DNA of 64,000 nucleotides from Raja brachyura (Eukaryota): positions 45,074,001-45,138,000 of the forward strand of contig OY740791.1 of NCBI GenBank assembly GCA_963514005.1, given 5' to 3'. Of the stretch, positions 46,241-58,302 are shown piece after piece (position 1 is the first letter of the stretch; the number at the start of each line of letters is the position of its first letter). A model generated the notes under the pieces. It saw only the letters and a program-made list of their open reading frames with translations. It made no database searches and was not told where the DNA came from. Position numbers and translations under genes: made by a program.

Positions 46241-47116
46241 TCTGCAAGGTGACTTGGATAGGTTGGGTGAGTGGGCAAATGCATGGCAGATGCAGTATAA
46301 TGAGGATAAATGTGAGGTTATCCATTTTGGCGGCAAAAACAGGAGGGTAGACTATTATCTGAACGGTGGCCGATTAGGAAAAGGGGAGATGCAACGAGAC
46401 CTGGGTGTCATGACACACCAGTCATTGAAAGTTCGCATGCAGGTGCAGCAGGCTGTGAAGAAAGCGAATGGTATGTTGGCATTCATAGCAAAAGGATTTG
46501 AGTACAAGAGCAGGGAGGTTCTAGTGCAGTTGTACAGGGGCTTCGTGAGGCCATACCTGGAGTATTGCGTACAGTTGTGGTCTCCTAATCTGAGGAAAGA
46601 CATTCATGCCATAGAGGGAGTGCAGAGAAGGTTCACCAGACTGATTCCTGGGATGGCAGGACTTCCATATGTAGAAAGACTGGTGAGACTCGGCTTGTAT
46701 TCGCTGGAATTTAGGAGATTGAGGGGGGGATCTCATAGAGACTTACAACATTCTTAAGGGGTTGCACAGGCTAGATGCAGGAAGATTGTTCCCGATGTTG
46801 GGGAACTCCAGAACAAGGGGGTCACAGTTTAAGGATAAGGGGGAAGTGTTTTAGGACCGAGATGAGAAGATCATTTTTCACACAGAGAGTGGAGAGTCTG
46901 TGGAATTTTCTGCCACAGAATGCAGTTGAGGCCAGTTCATTGGCTATATTTACGAGGGGGTTTGATTTGGCCCTTGTGGCTAAAGGGATCAGGGGGATCA
47001 GAGAGAAGGCAGGTACGGGATACTGAGTGGATGATCAGCCATGATCACATTGAATGGCGGTGCAGGCTCCAAGGGCCGAATGGCCTACTCCTGCACCTAT
47101 TTTCTATGATTCTATG
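46241..47116 (+). mobile_element. CR1 LINE, 5'-truncated (paralog 57419-58302)
   Basis: LQGDLDRLGEWANAWQMQYN.DKCEVIHFG, VRPYLEYCVQLWSP; (TTCTATGA)n tail. Empty site at ~39997. Confidence 0.9.
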
Positions 47117-47545
47117 AAAACTACATCTTCTACTTTTGACAGTACGTAGCATTTGAAATGGATATTGGCCAACTGCCCTACCCGTGTTTCTCATGATTGA
47201 ATATATCGTTGTCATGACTTCCCTCAACTGTGTTCACTGCAGGGAATACAGTTCCAGCCTGTACAATCTGCCATGCTGACGTAAACCCCCCTATCCTGGC
47301 AACGTTTTGGAGTCTTTTCCCTCTCTCTGGCTTAAACATACCCTTTAAAGTATGCTACGTGGACCTGCACATAATAATTTAAATCCAGCCAATGCAATGT
47401 TTCGTTCAACTAAAACTCAATTATTGCATTCATTTCTTGCTGCTAAGGGAGGCGACCATGCCACATGCCTTCATCACAACACTGTCTACACGTGTTCCCA
47501 TTTAAATAAAATGCACTTCTATTTTGCCACATATCCACATCAGTT

Positions 47546-49290
47546 CGCATGTGGGTCCCTTGAAGGCAGACACGGGTGAAATTATTATGGGCAACAAGGA
47601 AATGGCAGAAGAGTTGAATAGGTACTTCGGATCCGTCTTCACTAATGAGAACACAAACAATCTCCCAGATGTACTGTAGGACAGAAGATCTAAGGGGTTA
47701 GAGGAACTGAAAGAAATTTTCATTAGGCGACAAATAGTATTGGGGAGCTAATGGTACTGAATGATGTTAAATCCCCTGGGCCTGATGGTCTGCATCCCAG
47801 GGTCCTCAGGGAAGTGGCTCTAGAAATAGTGGACGCATTGGTGACCATTTTCAAATGTTCAATAGATTTAGGATCTGTTCCTGTGGATTAGAGGATAGCT
47901 AATGTTATCCCACTTTTCAAGAAAGGAGCGAGAGAGAAAACTGGGAATTACAGACCAGTTAGTCTGACGTCGGTGGTGGAAAAGACGCTGGAGTCAATTA
48001 ATTAAAGAGGTGGTAACAAACCATTTGGATAGCAGTAAAAGGATTGGTTCAAGTCAACATGGATTTATGAAATGGAAATCAGGCTTGACTAATCTTCTGG
48101 ATTTTTTTGAGGATGTGATAAGTAAAATGGATGAAGGCGTGCCAGTGGATGTAGTGTATCTAGACTCTCAGAAAGCCTTTGACAAGGTCCCGCACGGGAG
48201 ACTGGTGACTAGAATTAGAGCACATGATATTGGGGATAGGGTGTTAGCATGGATATAAAATTTGTTGGCAGACCGGAAGCAAAGAGTAGGAGTGAACGGG
48301 TCCTTTTCAGAATGGCAAGCTGTGGCGAGTGGAGTGCCGGAAAGCTCAGTGTTGGGGCCGCAACTGTAAGTGGGAATTAGGAGCAACATTCGCAAGTTTG
48401 CGGATGACACAAAGCTGGGTGGCAGCGTGAACTGTGGAGAGGATGTTAGGATGTTGCAGGGGGAACTGGACAGGTTGAGTGAGTGGGCAGATGCTGTATA
48501 ATATAGATAAATGTGAGGCTATCCACTTTGGCGGCAAAAACAATGGTGTTCGGTTAGGTAAGGGGGAGGTACAGCGAGACCTGGATGTCCTTGTACACCA
48601 GTCACTGAAAGTTGGCGTGCAAGCAGTGAAGAAAGGTAATGGAATGTTGGCCTTCATAACAAGAGGATTTCAGTACAGGATTAAAGAGATTCTGCAGTTG
48701 TGTAGGGCTCTGGTGTGACCACATCTGGAGTATTTTGTATAGTTGTGGTCTCCTAATTTGAGGAAGGACATCCTTGTGATTGAGGCAGTGCTGCGTAGGT
48801 TCACGAGATTGATCCCGGGGATGGCGGGATTGTCATATGAGGAAAGATTGAAAAAACTAGGCTTGTATTCACTGGAGTTTAGAAGGATGAGGGGATATCT
48901 TATAGAATCATATACAATTTTAAAAGGACTGGACAAGCTAGATGCAGGAAAAATGTTCCCAATGTTGTGTGTGTCCAGAACCAGGGTCCACAGTCTTAGA
49001 ATAAAGGGGAGATAATTGAAGACCGAGCTGAGAGAACTTTTTTACCCAGATAGTTGTGCATTTGTGGAATTCCGTGCCACAGAGGGCAGTGGAGGCCAAA
49101 TCACTGGATAAATTTAAGAGAGAGTTGGATAGAGCTCTTGGGGCTAGTGCAATCAAGAGATATGTGGAGAAGGCAGGCACGGGTTATTGATAGCGGTCGA
49201 TCAGCCATGATGACAATGAATGGCGGTGCTGGCTCGAAGGGCCGAATGGCCTCCTTCTGCATCTATTTCCTATGTTTGTGTGTTTCTATG
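47546..49290 (+). mobile_element. CR1 LINE, 5'-truncated and degenerate (paralog 58733-60526)
   Basis: KSPGPDG, NYRPVSLTS, QHGF, VVYLD.QKAFDKVPH, KFADDTKLGG; TTTCTATG tail. Empty site at ~40427. Confidence 0.9.
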
Positions 49291-49909
49291 TTAAAAAGAG
49301 CATGCCCCATTCCCTTACTATTGGTCATTCATTAAATAAGCTATTACAGAAACAATGAAGCATAGTTTGTCCTAACTGCTCCATCAACCACTGCGTATAT
49401 TTGTTTCCTTTATTCCCATCTTCACCTACTGAAATAACATTTTCATTCGTTCACAGTTCTTATAAAGGATCTAAAACATGAAGCGATAATTTGATTACCT
49501 TTCTCAGGTGATATTTGAGTCGGCGAGTGTCTTCAGTAATTGCTGAATCACGATGCAGCATGTTTCGTGTTTGGTGAAAGAATAATTCCCAATCTCACCT
49601 ATAGTTTTTCGTGGTGATTTTAATGTTTTGCAGGTTTTATTACAAAAGTTGGATTGATATTTATTTTAGGATTTGATTTGTTGCTACATCCGTGTGGTTC
49701 GGTTATTGTAATACCTCCCTGCTGTTATGGGATATTAAAATGTAAATCCCAGAGCTAAACGGAGAATGTCGTCCAATAGGCATCCAATTGACCTATTGCG
49801 GCATCAGAAATCTTCGCAAATCTTGCAACCAATTGAGAACATGACCAATGCAATATTTTTTATTTACATTGTATCCTCTGCGATGTGCTCCATTTGTAAA
49901 TTGCCGGGA

Positions 49910-50547
49910 TAGATTTGATTTGCTTTGATTCATCTTTATTGTCATTGTCCATAGTACAAGTACTGAGAGAACGAAATGTTTTTTTCCCATACAGCCATAC
50001 GAATAAAACTAAATAAAAGCACAGAGCACGATAGACTATAACATAAATATCCCCACAGCGGTATCAAAGTTTCTCACTGTGAGGGAAGGCACCAAAAATT
50101 CAGTCAACCTCGTCGTTGATGTTCTTTGAAGTTCACCCGTCGTCGGGGCCTCCCAAGCCACAGCTTCGCGGTGTTGATGCAGCGGGCCCAACAGTCCGGA
50201 GCCTCAAACGGCGATCCCAGCTGAGGCATCGCCCGTTCCACGATGTATCCAGCGCTGTTCCGCCGCTGCTGAAGCTCTGGTCCGGTCCCCGGCAGGAAAG
50301 GCCGCGCCTATCCAGTTGGTAGGCCGCGAGGAGGGGGGCGAGGGAGTGACTCGGAGAATAGTCGGATCCTCGCCAGAAAGTGACTGAAAAACGGTTTCCC
50401 CTTACCCTACCCACCTCCCCCACATAAAATACTGACAAAATCCCACAAAACATACTTTAAACAAACTAAAAATTAAAAAAAAATACAAAAACAAACAGAC
50501 TGTAGGCAGAGGCAACCATCATGCTGGACCCAGCTGATCCCTCTATG
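49910..50547 (-). mobile_element. Non-autonomous retroposon with Rex1-like ends (paralog 61153-61787)
   Basis: ATTTGATTTG..TTTATTGTCATTG tail like that of the Rex1 3' end at 19925, a GC-rich non-coding body, and a minus-strand start ATGATGGTTGCCTCTGCC. Empty site at ~41054. Confidence 0.6.
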
Positions 50548-50603
50548 GACCATGCACGACTTTGAGCATCCACTGTAAACTCCAGTAGCAGAAATTAAAC
50601 TAC

Positions 50604-51622
50604 AGTATCATTCCCTTAAAACACGTCCCCAAGATCCTTGATCGTGGACTGGAGACCTCCATCTGCGGCTGGATATTCGACTTCCTGACGAGCAGGCCCC
50701 AGGTGGTGAGAATTGGCAGAACAGATCTCCTCCTCACTGATCCTCAACACAGGCGCACCACAGGATGTGTGCTCAGTCCTCTCGTCTACTTCCTTTTCAC
50801 ACACGACTGTGCTGCTAATCATAGCTTTGACACCATCTTTAAGTTTGCTGACGACAGGACCATCCTGTGCCTCATCACAGACAATAATGAGACAGCCTAT
50901 AGGTAGGAGGTAAAGACACTAAACAGCTCGTGCCAGGAAAATAACCTCTCTATCAATGTCAGCAAACACCTCCCCATCCACATCTGTGATGCTGAGGTTA
51001 TAAGTGTCAGCAGCTTCAGGTTCCTCGGTGTGCACATTACTGAGGACCTCTCTTGGACAATGCACATGGACACAATAACTAAGAAGCCCGCCAGCGGCTC
51101 TTTTTCCTGTGAAGACGGGGGAAGTTTGGCATGAACGCCAGCATCCTCACAAACTTCTACAGTTGCACCATCGAGAATCTGCTGACGTGCTGCTTCATAG
51201 TCTGGTACGGGAACTGTTCCGACCACAGCCGAAAATCACTACAGAGAGTAGTGAAGGCGGCACAGCACATCACTGGCAACTGTCTCCCGTTCATTCAGGA
51301 CATTTTCCACAGGCGGTGCCTGCGGAAGGCACACAGCATCATCAAGGACCACAGCCACCCAGCACGCAGATTGTTCTCCTTGTTACCGTCAAGCAGACGA
51401 TACAGGAGCATGGCTGCACGTACCAACAGACTTAAGAACGTTGTTATTGTCATGCCATCAAACTTCAGAACTCATAAACACATCATATATTTTGATTATT
51501 TTATTTATTGTTGTCTTTTACCTACCAATGTCACTTTTATCTTATCTTTTCCGTTGTCTTGTCAAACACATTTCATTGTACCGTTGACCCTGTGTTAACC
51601 TCACATGACAAATAAAACGGAA
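50604..51622 (+). mobile_element. Rex1/Babar LINE RT fragment (paralog 61844-62850)
   Basis: [54 protein letters not shown]. Empty site at ~41110. Confidence 0.85.
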
Positions 51623-52365
51623 CTAGAGTTGTCTGAACACATTGCAAATCAACGTTCACTGTAAAGAACATTTTATACGGTAAATATAGTACCAAGATAT
51701 TAGTGTTAACTAGGGCGCATTTTGAACGAACAATCAACTGCAAATCAACGGGTAATTGGGACATTTATTTGCAAATTTCAACAACGGAACCATTGGTTAG
51801 AAAAAAAATGAAACGTCGATTCACAAAGGAAATAATAATTCAAAAATTCACCAAATTATCCGTGCTCAACCGTACACAAATCGTTATGTTCCGTACTTCT
51901 CCTAATATCCGTCCGGGTCTGCGGGTTATGTGTGTTGTGAAACTGATGCATGCAAGATTTATTTTGCAGCAATCCCTCACTTTACTTTTGCATGTGTCAA
52001 CAAACTCGTCCTGACGTTGACGTGACGATGTTTTTATCCAATATTCACTTACTTCAAACAGGAATAGCTTCAACAATACCCAATCGAAAGCATTATGTTC
52101 ACGAATACCTTCTCCAATATCTGAAAAGTGACGTCAAATTTTCAGATTATACCATCTGATTACGGTGGTCAACTTCGCAAAAAGTACTTTTGTTAGAAAG
52201 GGCATGATAATAGACTTCACATATCAAAGAAGGAATCATTACGTAATCATTATATGAATATAGTTTCTTCCTACTCTTATGTGCGAATGTGAGAGTTCCA
52301 ACAACTGTAAGTAAATAAATGTTTCCGATATGATAGGTTGCATCATAGAAATACCGATGCCATCC

Positions 52366-52445
52366 ATTTATTCTCTTGCATTATGGCTCACCCGACAGAA
52401 CGTATTAACGTTCTGTCGGGTCAGCCATAATGCAAGAGAATAAAT
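52366..52445. repeat. Long near-perfect palindrome (38-bp arms, 4-nt loop, 1 mismatch)
   Basis: ATTTATTCTCTTGCATTATGGCTCACCCGACAGAACGT-ATTA-ACGTTCTGTCGGGTCAGCCATAATGCAAGAGAATAAAT. Confidence 0.95.
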
Positions 52446-52564
52446 TACTAAGGACCTCGTATTAACGTTCTGGGTCAAAAACCCTCGGAACACGTGAATT
52501 GCGAACAAAATAGAACCGTTCTTTTAAAAAAAACGTGTTATGGTTGCACACCTTTAAATAACAG

Positions 52565-52710
52565 GAGAGCAGTGCAGCTTTAAGAATTGTAGCTGCAATT
52601 GTCGAAAAGAACTGGTCGTGTCGCTGTCCACCAATGAGAAGCTCAAGTGCACAGATGGATCCATTGCCCCTCCCACATCCCAGAGTAAAAACGTCAGACG
52701 CGAAGAGAGA
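52565..52710 (+). promoter_or_regulatory. cPcdh CSE promoter, gene 6
   Basis: AAGAACTGGTCGTGTCGCTGTCCACCAAT; CGCT at 52622-52625. Confidence 0.85.
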
Positions 52711-52880
52711 GGCGAGCAGTGTCTGCGTTTGCATTGCGGAATCAATGTAAGGAGAAAAATATCCCGACTGTTTCGATTCTGTATTTAGATTATATATATA
52801 TATTTAATTCTTGTGCTTGGAACATTTTACTGATTACCCGAGGAGAGGCCTGGTTTTGGACATTGACTAAGCGCGGAACA

Positions 52881-55259
52881 ATGGCGTACCGTCCGAGGTT
52901 TGCCTTCACTGTGTTTGTGTGCATGTTTACGAAATGTGCACCTGGTCTAATTTCCGGGCAAATGCATTATTCTATTCCCGAGGAAATGGCGCAGGGGGCA
53001 TTTATTGGGAATATCGCCGAGGATTTGGGGCTGAATGTATGGGAATTGTCTGCTCGTAAATTACGACTGGAGTCTGATAATGGCGGACGGTACCTGAAGG
53101 TTAATTTGGAGGATGGAATATTGTCTCTTCGTGAAAGAATCGACAGGGAACGTATTTGCGGACAGGACGATGAGTGTACTATACCTTTCGAAACAATACT
53201 GGAAAATCCTTCGGAGGTGCATCGTGGAAAAATCGAGATTTTTGATGTAAATGACAATGCGCCCACTTTCCCGCACAGCAGCATTGTCCTCCAGATATCG
53301 GAAGCGAGCGCACCCGGAGTAATTTTCCGTCTCGAGAGTGCAGAAGATGCTGACATTGGAATAAATACCGTGGCCGCCTACACAATCAGTTCCAGTGCGC
53401 ACTTTAGTCTAAAAACACAGAATACCGATGACGGGTTTATAATTGCCGAGTTGTTGTTGGAGAAATCTTTGGACAGAGAGATGCAATCATCATTTCAACT
53501 CTTATTTACTGCGACTGACGGTGGGACCCCTAAGAAATCAGGCACAACTCAGATTCTCATTTCTGTGTTGGACTTCAATGATAATCAGCCTGTGTTCGAT
53601 CGAGATATTTACAGGGGAAGCATAAGCGAGAACTCCACCAAAGGTACCTCAGTGATGAAAGTCAAAGCAAATGATATGGACGAAGGACAGAATGCTAAGA
53701 TAACATATTTGTTTAGTGATGTTGCCGTACGAAAAGTTCGCAATTTGTTCCGCTTAGACCCAGATACCGGGGAGATTCGCATTGAAGGGCCCTTGGATTT
53801 TGAACAAGCAAACGGCTATGCTCTAGATGTTAAAGCTATGGACCACGGCTCGCCTGCAATGACTGGACACTCCAAAGTGCTGATCAAAGTAATTGATGTG
53901 AACGATAATGCACCCGAGATAAAGGTGACATCAGCATCCAACAAAATCCCGGAAAATGCTCCGCCAGGAACTTTCGTAACGTTGATCAGTGTCATGGATC
54001 GAGATTCTGGAGAGAACGGCCAAGTCCGCTGTCAGATCCCAAAGAACATTCCATTTAAACTACAATCAGCGACAGATCATTACAAATTAATTAGCAGTGA
54101 AATGTTTGATCGTGAAGTGATATCTGTGTATAAAATACTTATTTCAGCTTGGGACAATGGATCGCCATCACTGTCTGCAAATATAACTATTCAGATCACA
54201 ATTTCAGACGTTAATGATAACAGTCCACGGTTTGCTGAATCTTCCTACAACATTTATGTCATGGAAAACAATGCTCCGGGTGCGTCCATTTTCACAGTAA
54301 CTGCAACGGATGCTGATCTGGAGCAGAATTCTTATATTTCCTACGCTTTTCTGGAGGATCAAATCAAACATTTGCCAGTGTCCACTTACCTGACCATTAA
54401 CTCGCTGAACGGTACAATTTACGCGCTGCGCTCGTTTGACTATGAAAATCTCAAAAACTTCCAGATCCACGTCCAAGCCCGTGACGCGGGGGTGCCTCCG
54501 CTGAGTAGCAGCGCCACGGTGAATGTGATAATCCTGGATCAAAATGACAACGCTCCTGCAATTGTTTCTCCTTCGGAACAAGGTGGATCAGCAAAAGAGG
54601 AGATCGTGCCCCGGTCAGTCGGTCAAGGGTACTTGGTCGCAAAGATAATGGCAACTGATGCAGATTCTGGTCAGAATGCGCGGCTCTTTTATGAGATGGT
54701 GAAATCTACCGATCCCAGTTTGTTCAACGTTGGGCAAAATTCCGGTGAAATTAGAACTGCGCGCAATATTTTGCGGTCAGATGCTACTGCACAAACTCTG
54801 GTCATCTTGGTTAAGGACAATGGGCAACCAAGCCTCTCCAGCGCCGTTACAATGAACATTAGAGTTTTGGAGAACAGCACTGAAGCAATGTCTGAAATTA
54901 GCACCTTAGTGAAAAATCCGGGTTTTTTTTCTGATCCAAATGTGTATTTAATCGTCATTTTCAGTTGCACGTCGGCTGTCTTTCTGCTGATCATCGTTCT
55001 GTTGATTGGCATCAAGTGTAAACAGGACAGAAGTATTATCCAAGGGTATAACTCCCCCAGATATTTTTACAATCGTGGAGATTCACAAGGCACGGTTTAT
55101 GGAAGAGCCGTCATGGACGAAACTTTACGCTATCCTGGGACAGGCCGGGTAGCCCGCGTGCCGGAATCGCAGTACTCTGTATGTCTGTCTCCAGAGTCAG
55201 CTAAAAGCGATTTTCTCTTCTTGAAGCCATGCGGAGCTCCTCTCTCTCAGGCTCAATGA
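52881..55259 (+). CDS. Clustered protocadherin gene 6
   Basis: Intact ORF from ACAATGG at 52881 (the ORF-track extension from 52719 starts at GTG). Near-identical to gene 5; ends APLSQAQ*. Confidence 0.95.
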   Translation: MAYRPRFAFTVFVCMFTKCAPGLISGQMHYSIPEEMAQGAFIGNIAEDLGLNVWELSARKLRLESDNGGRYLKVNLEDGILSLRERIDRERICGQDDECTIPFETILENPSEVHRGKIEIFDVNDNAPTFPHSSIVLQISEASAPGVIFRLESAEDADIGINTVAAYTISSSAHFSLKTQNTDDGFIIAELLLEKSLDREMQSSFQLLFTATDGGTPKKSGTTQILISVLDFNDNQPVFDRDIYRGSISENSTKGTSVMKVKANDMDEGQNAKITYLFSDVAVRKVRNLFRLDPDTGEIRIEGPLDFEQANGYALDVKAMDHGSPAMTGHSKVLIKVIDVNDNAPEIKVTSASNKIPENAPPGTFVTLISVMDRDSGENGQVRCQIPKNIPFKLQSATDHYKLISSEMFDREVISVYKILISAWDNGSPSLSANITIQITISDVNDNSPRFAESSYNIYVMENNAPGASIFTVTATDADLEQNSYISYAFLEDQIKHLPVSTYLTINSLNGTIYALRSFDYENLKNFQIHVQARDAGVPPLSSSATVNVIILDQNDNAPAIVSPSEQGGSAKEEIVPRSVGQGYLVAKIMATDADSGQNARLFYEMVKSTDPSLFNVGQNSGEIRTARNILRSDATAQTLVILVKDNGQPSLSSAVTMNIRVLENSTEAMSEISTLVKNPGFFSDPNVYLIVIFSCTSAVFLLIIVLLIGIKCKQDRSIIQGYNSPRYFYNRGDSQGTVYGRAVMDETLRYPGTGRVARVPESQYSVCLSPESAKSDFLFLKPCGAPLSQAQ

Positions 55260-57418
55260 TGGGTATCTTTAATGAATGCCACTTTATATGAATCAATTAT
55301 TATATACAAATATATGAATGGTTGTGTATGCAACATTTCAGTAAATAAGTACTTCTGTCTGAAGGAGTGGTTCGATCCGAAATTCCGCCTATCCAACCCC
55401 CCACCCCCCCTCCACCCCCCCCCCCCCCCCCCCCCCCCGATCCGTCGGTTTTTCATGACTGCGGAAAAATGGACAAGTTGGTGTAATGGTCTAAATTAAC
55501 ATTCTCATCAAATGAAATCCAATCTTCTAATAGTGTCACCGATTTTCTCTGCCGGGAATCTTACTATTTGCAATTGAATGGGCGTACACAAATGAATGGG
55601 TGTACACAAATGTAAGAATGGTACAAATGTTATTTGTTCAATTACGCGAAAGACTATTCTATCTGGATCTAATTGGTTGCTAATGTATTAATATTGGAAC
55701 ACTTCAATCAGAGCATTCATCGATAAAATAATCCATAGCATAAAAAAGTTAAAATTACAAACCGAGACATTTCAAATGAAGACAACATTATTGAATACAA
55801 TATGGTGATGCTGGAATCTTGTTGGTGGGGGCGGGGGGGGGGGGGGGGGGGGGGAAGGGTCGCTCTGGTATTTTAATCGCTCTGGTATTTTATTTCATTC
55901 ACATGTTTAAACTGTAATGCTTTATTCTTAATGTTTTAATGTTTTATGCTTCATTCTTAATTGTTAACTGAATGTCGTGTTGTTAGTTGCGATCGGAGCA
56001 CCAAGGCAAATTCCTTGTATGTATTCATACTTAGCCAATAAACGTATTCATTCATTCATTCAAAACGTCAGAGACCCCGGTTCAATCCTGACTACGTATG
56101 CTGTCTGTACGGAGATTTTACGCCCCCACCTGTGACCGCGTCAGTTTCCTCCGAGTTCTTCGGTTTTCTCCCACATACCAAAGACAATTAGGATTATACA
56201 TTTAATAGCTTCTGTAAATTCCCTCCAGAGATTAACATGCGAATGTGGGATAGCATAGAACTATTGTATGGGTGATCTGAAAATCATTCAATGGGATAAA
56301 AAATGACAAACCACCCGTAACGGATTCGCCGTCAGTATGGATAGAACAAGCGGCATTTAAGATCGTGCCGCAACCAGCGAGTCAGGGGTGCTTGGTCATG
56401 ACGATTATAGCAACTGGAGGAGATACAAGTCAGAACACATGGCTCATATGAGGTGGAGTGGTCCACTGATCCTAGTTCGTTCAACTGCCAGTTCGTTCTT
56501 GTTCATCCTGTTCCGCCTACTGGCTCCATTCTTGGTATCCACATATCCCCTCACTATCACCTTTTTCACGGACAACAAATGGCCAGTGAGGGCTTCTCCT
56601 ATCCTTTGTCATTGGCGTCGGCTCTGATTTGTTCTGAACCTTTTCATACCTCTAGTTTCCCTCTCTCTTAACTCTCAGTCTGAAGAAGGGTCCGAACCGA
56701 AACGTCATCTATTCGTTTTCTCCAGAGAAGCTGCTTGACCTGCGGAGGTACTCCAGCATGTGCATCTATCTTCGCGTGCGTAGAATCTACAGGAATTAAG
56801 CTGACATTTCTGTTTGCATAACAGTTTTATTCACAATTTCAGTACGTTAACCTTTTTGTTTCTGACTTCCAGCACTGTTGGAACAAGGACAAAGCAAAGG
56901 CGCGCGATTGAAAAACTGAACTTCATCTTCCAAATGGACGTTGGAACCCTCTGGAACTCAGCAATGCTGTCCAGTTTTTCACTATTTTGCATTGAGGCGT
57001 GGAAACATAGAAAATAGTTGTAGGAGGAGGCCCTTTGGCACCGCCACTCATTGTGATCATAGCTGATAATCCACCATCAGTAACCCGTGCATGTCTTCTC
57101 CCCATATCCCTTTATTCAGCTACCCCTTAGAGGTCTATCTAACTCTCCTTTAAATTCATCCAGTGAATTGGCCACCGATGCCTTCTGTGGCAGACAATTC
57201 CACAAATTCACAACTTTCTGAGTGAAGAGTTTTTTTTTGTCATCGCAGTTTTAAATGGCTTCCCCTTTTATTATTAGCCTGTGGCCCCTGGTTCGGGACA
57301 CTCCGAACATTGGAACATTTTTCCTGCATCTAGCTTGTCTAGTCCTTTTATAATTTTATCTGTTCTTCTTTTCAGACATGATGAGACCGCTGGAATCCTT
57401 TAAATCTTCTCCCTCAGA

Positions 57419-58302
57419 TCTGCAAGGTGACTTGGATAGGTTGGGAGAGTGGGCAAATGCATGGCAGATGTAGTATAGTGTGGATAAATGTGAGGTTATC
57501 CATTTTGGCGGCAAAAACAGGAGGGTAGACTATTATCTGAACGGTGGCCGATTAGGAAAAGGGGAGATGCAACGAGCCCTGGGTGTCATGGTACAACAGT
57601 CATTGAAAGTAGGCATGCAGGTGCAGCAGGCTGTGAAGAAGGCGAATGGTATGTTGGCATTCATAGCAAAAGGATTTGAGTACAAGAGCAGGGAGGTTCT
57701 ACTGTATGTGTACAGGGTCTTGGTGAGGCCACACCTGGAGTACCGCGTACAGTTTTGGTCTAATCTGGGGAAAGACATTCTTGCCATAGTGGGAGTACAG
57801 AGAAGGTTCACCAGACTGATTCCTGGGATGGCAGGACTTCCATATAAAGAAAGACTGGATAGACTCCGCTTGTACTCGCTGGAATTTAGGAGATTGAGGG
57901 GGGATCTTATAGAGACTTACAAAATTCTCAAGGGGTTGGACAAGCTAGATGCAGGAAGATTGTTCACGATGTTGGGGAACTCCTGAACAAGGGGTCACAG
58001 TTTAAGGATAAGGGGAAAGTCTTTTAGGACAGAGATGAGAAGATCGTTTTTCACAGAGTGGTGAGTCTGTGGAATTCTCTGCCACAGAAGATAGTTGAGG
58101 CCAGTTCATAGGCTATATTTAAGAGGAAGTAAGATGTGGCCCTTGTGGCTAAAGGGATCAGGGGGGATAGAGAGAAGGCAGGTACAGGATACTGAGTTGG
58201 ATGATCAGCCAATATCAATTTGAATGGCGGTGCAGGCTCGAAGGGCCGAATGGCCGAATGGCCTACGCCTGCACCTATTTTCTATGATTCTATGATTCTA
58301 TG
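57419..58302 (+). mobile_element. CR1 LINE fragment (duplicate of 46241-47116)
   Basis: DKCEVIHFGGKN...LVRPHLEY...RRLRGDLIETYK; same flanks as the first copy. Confidence 0.9.
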
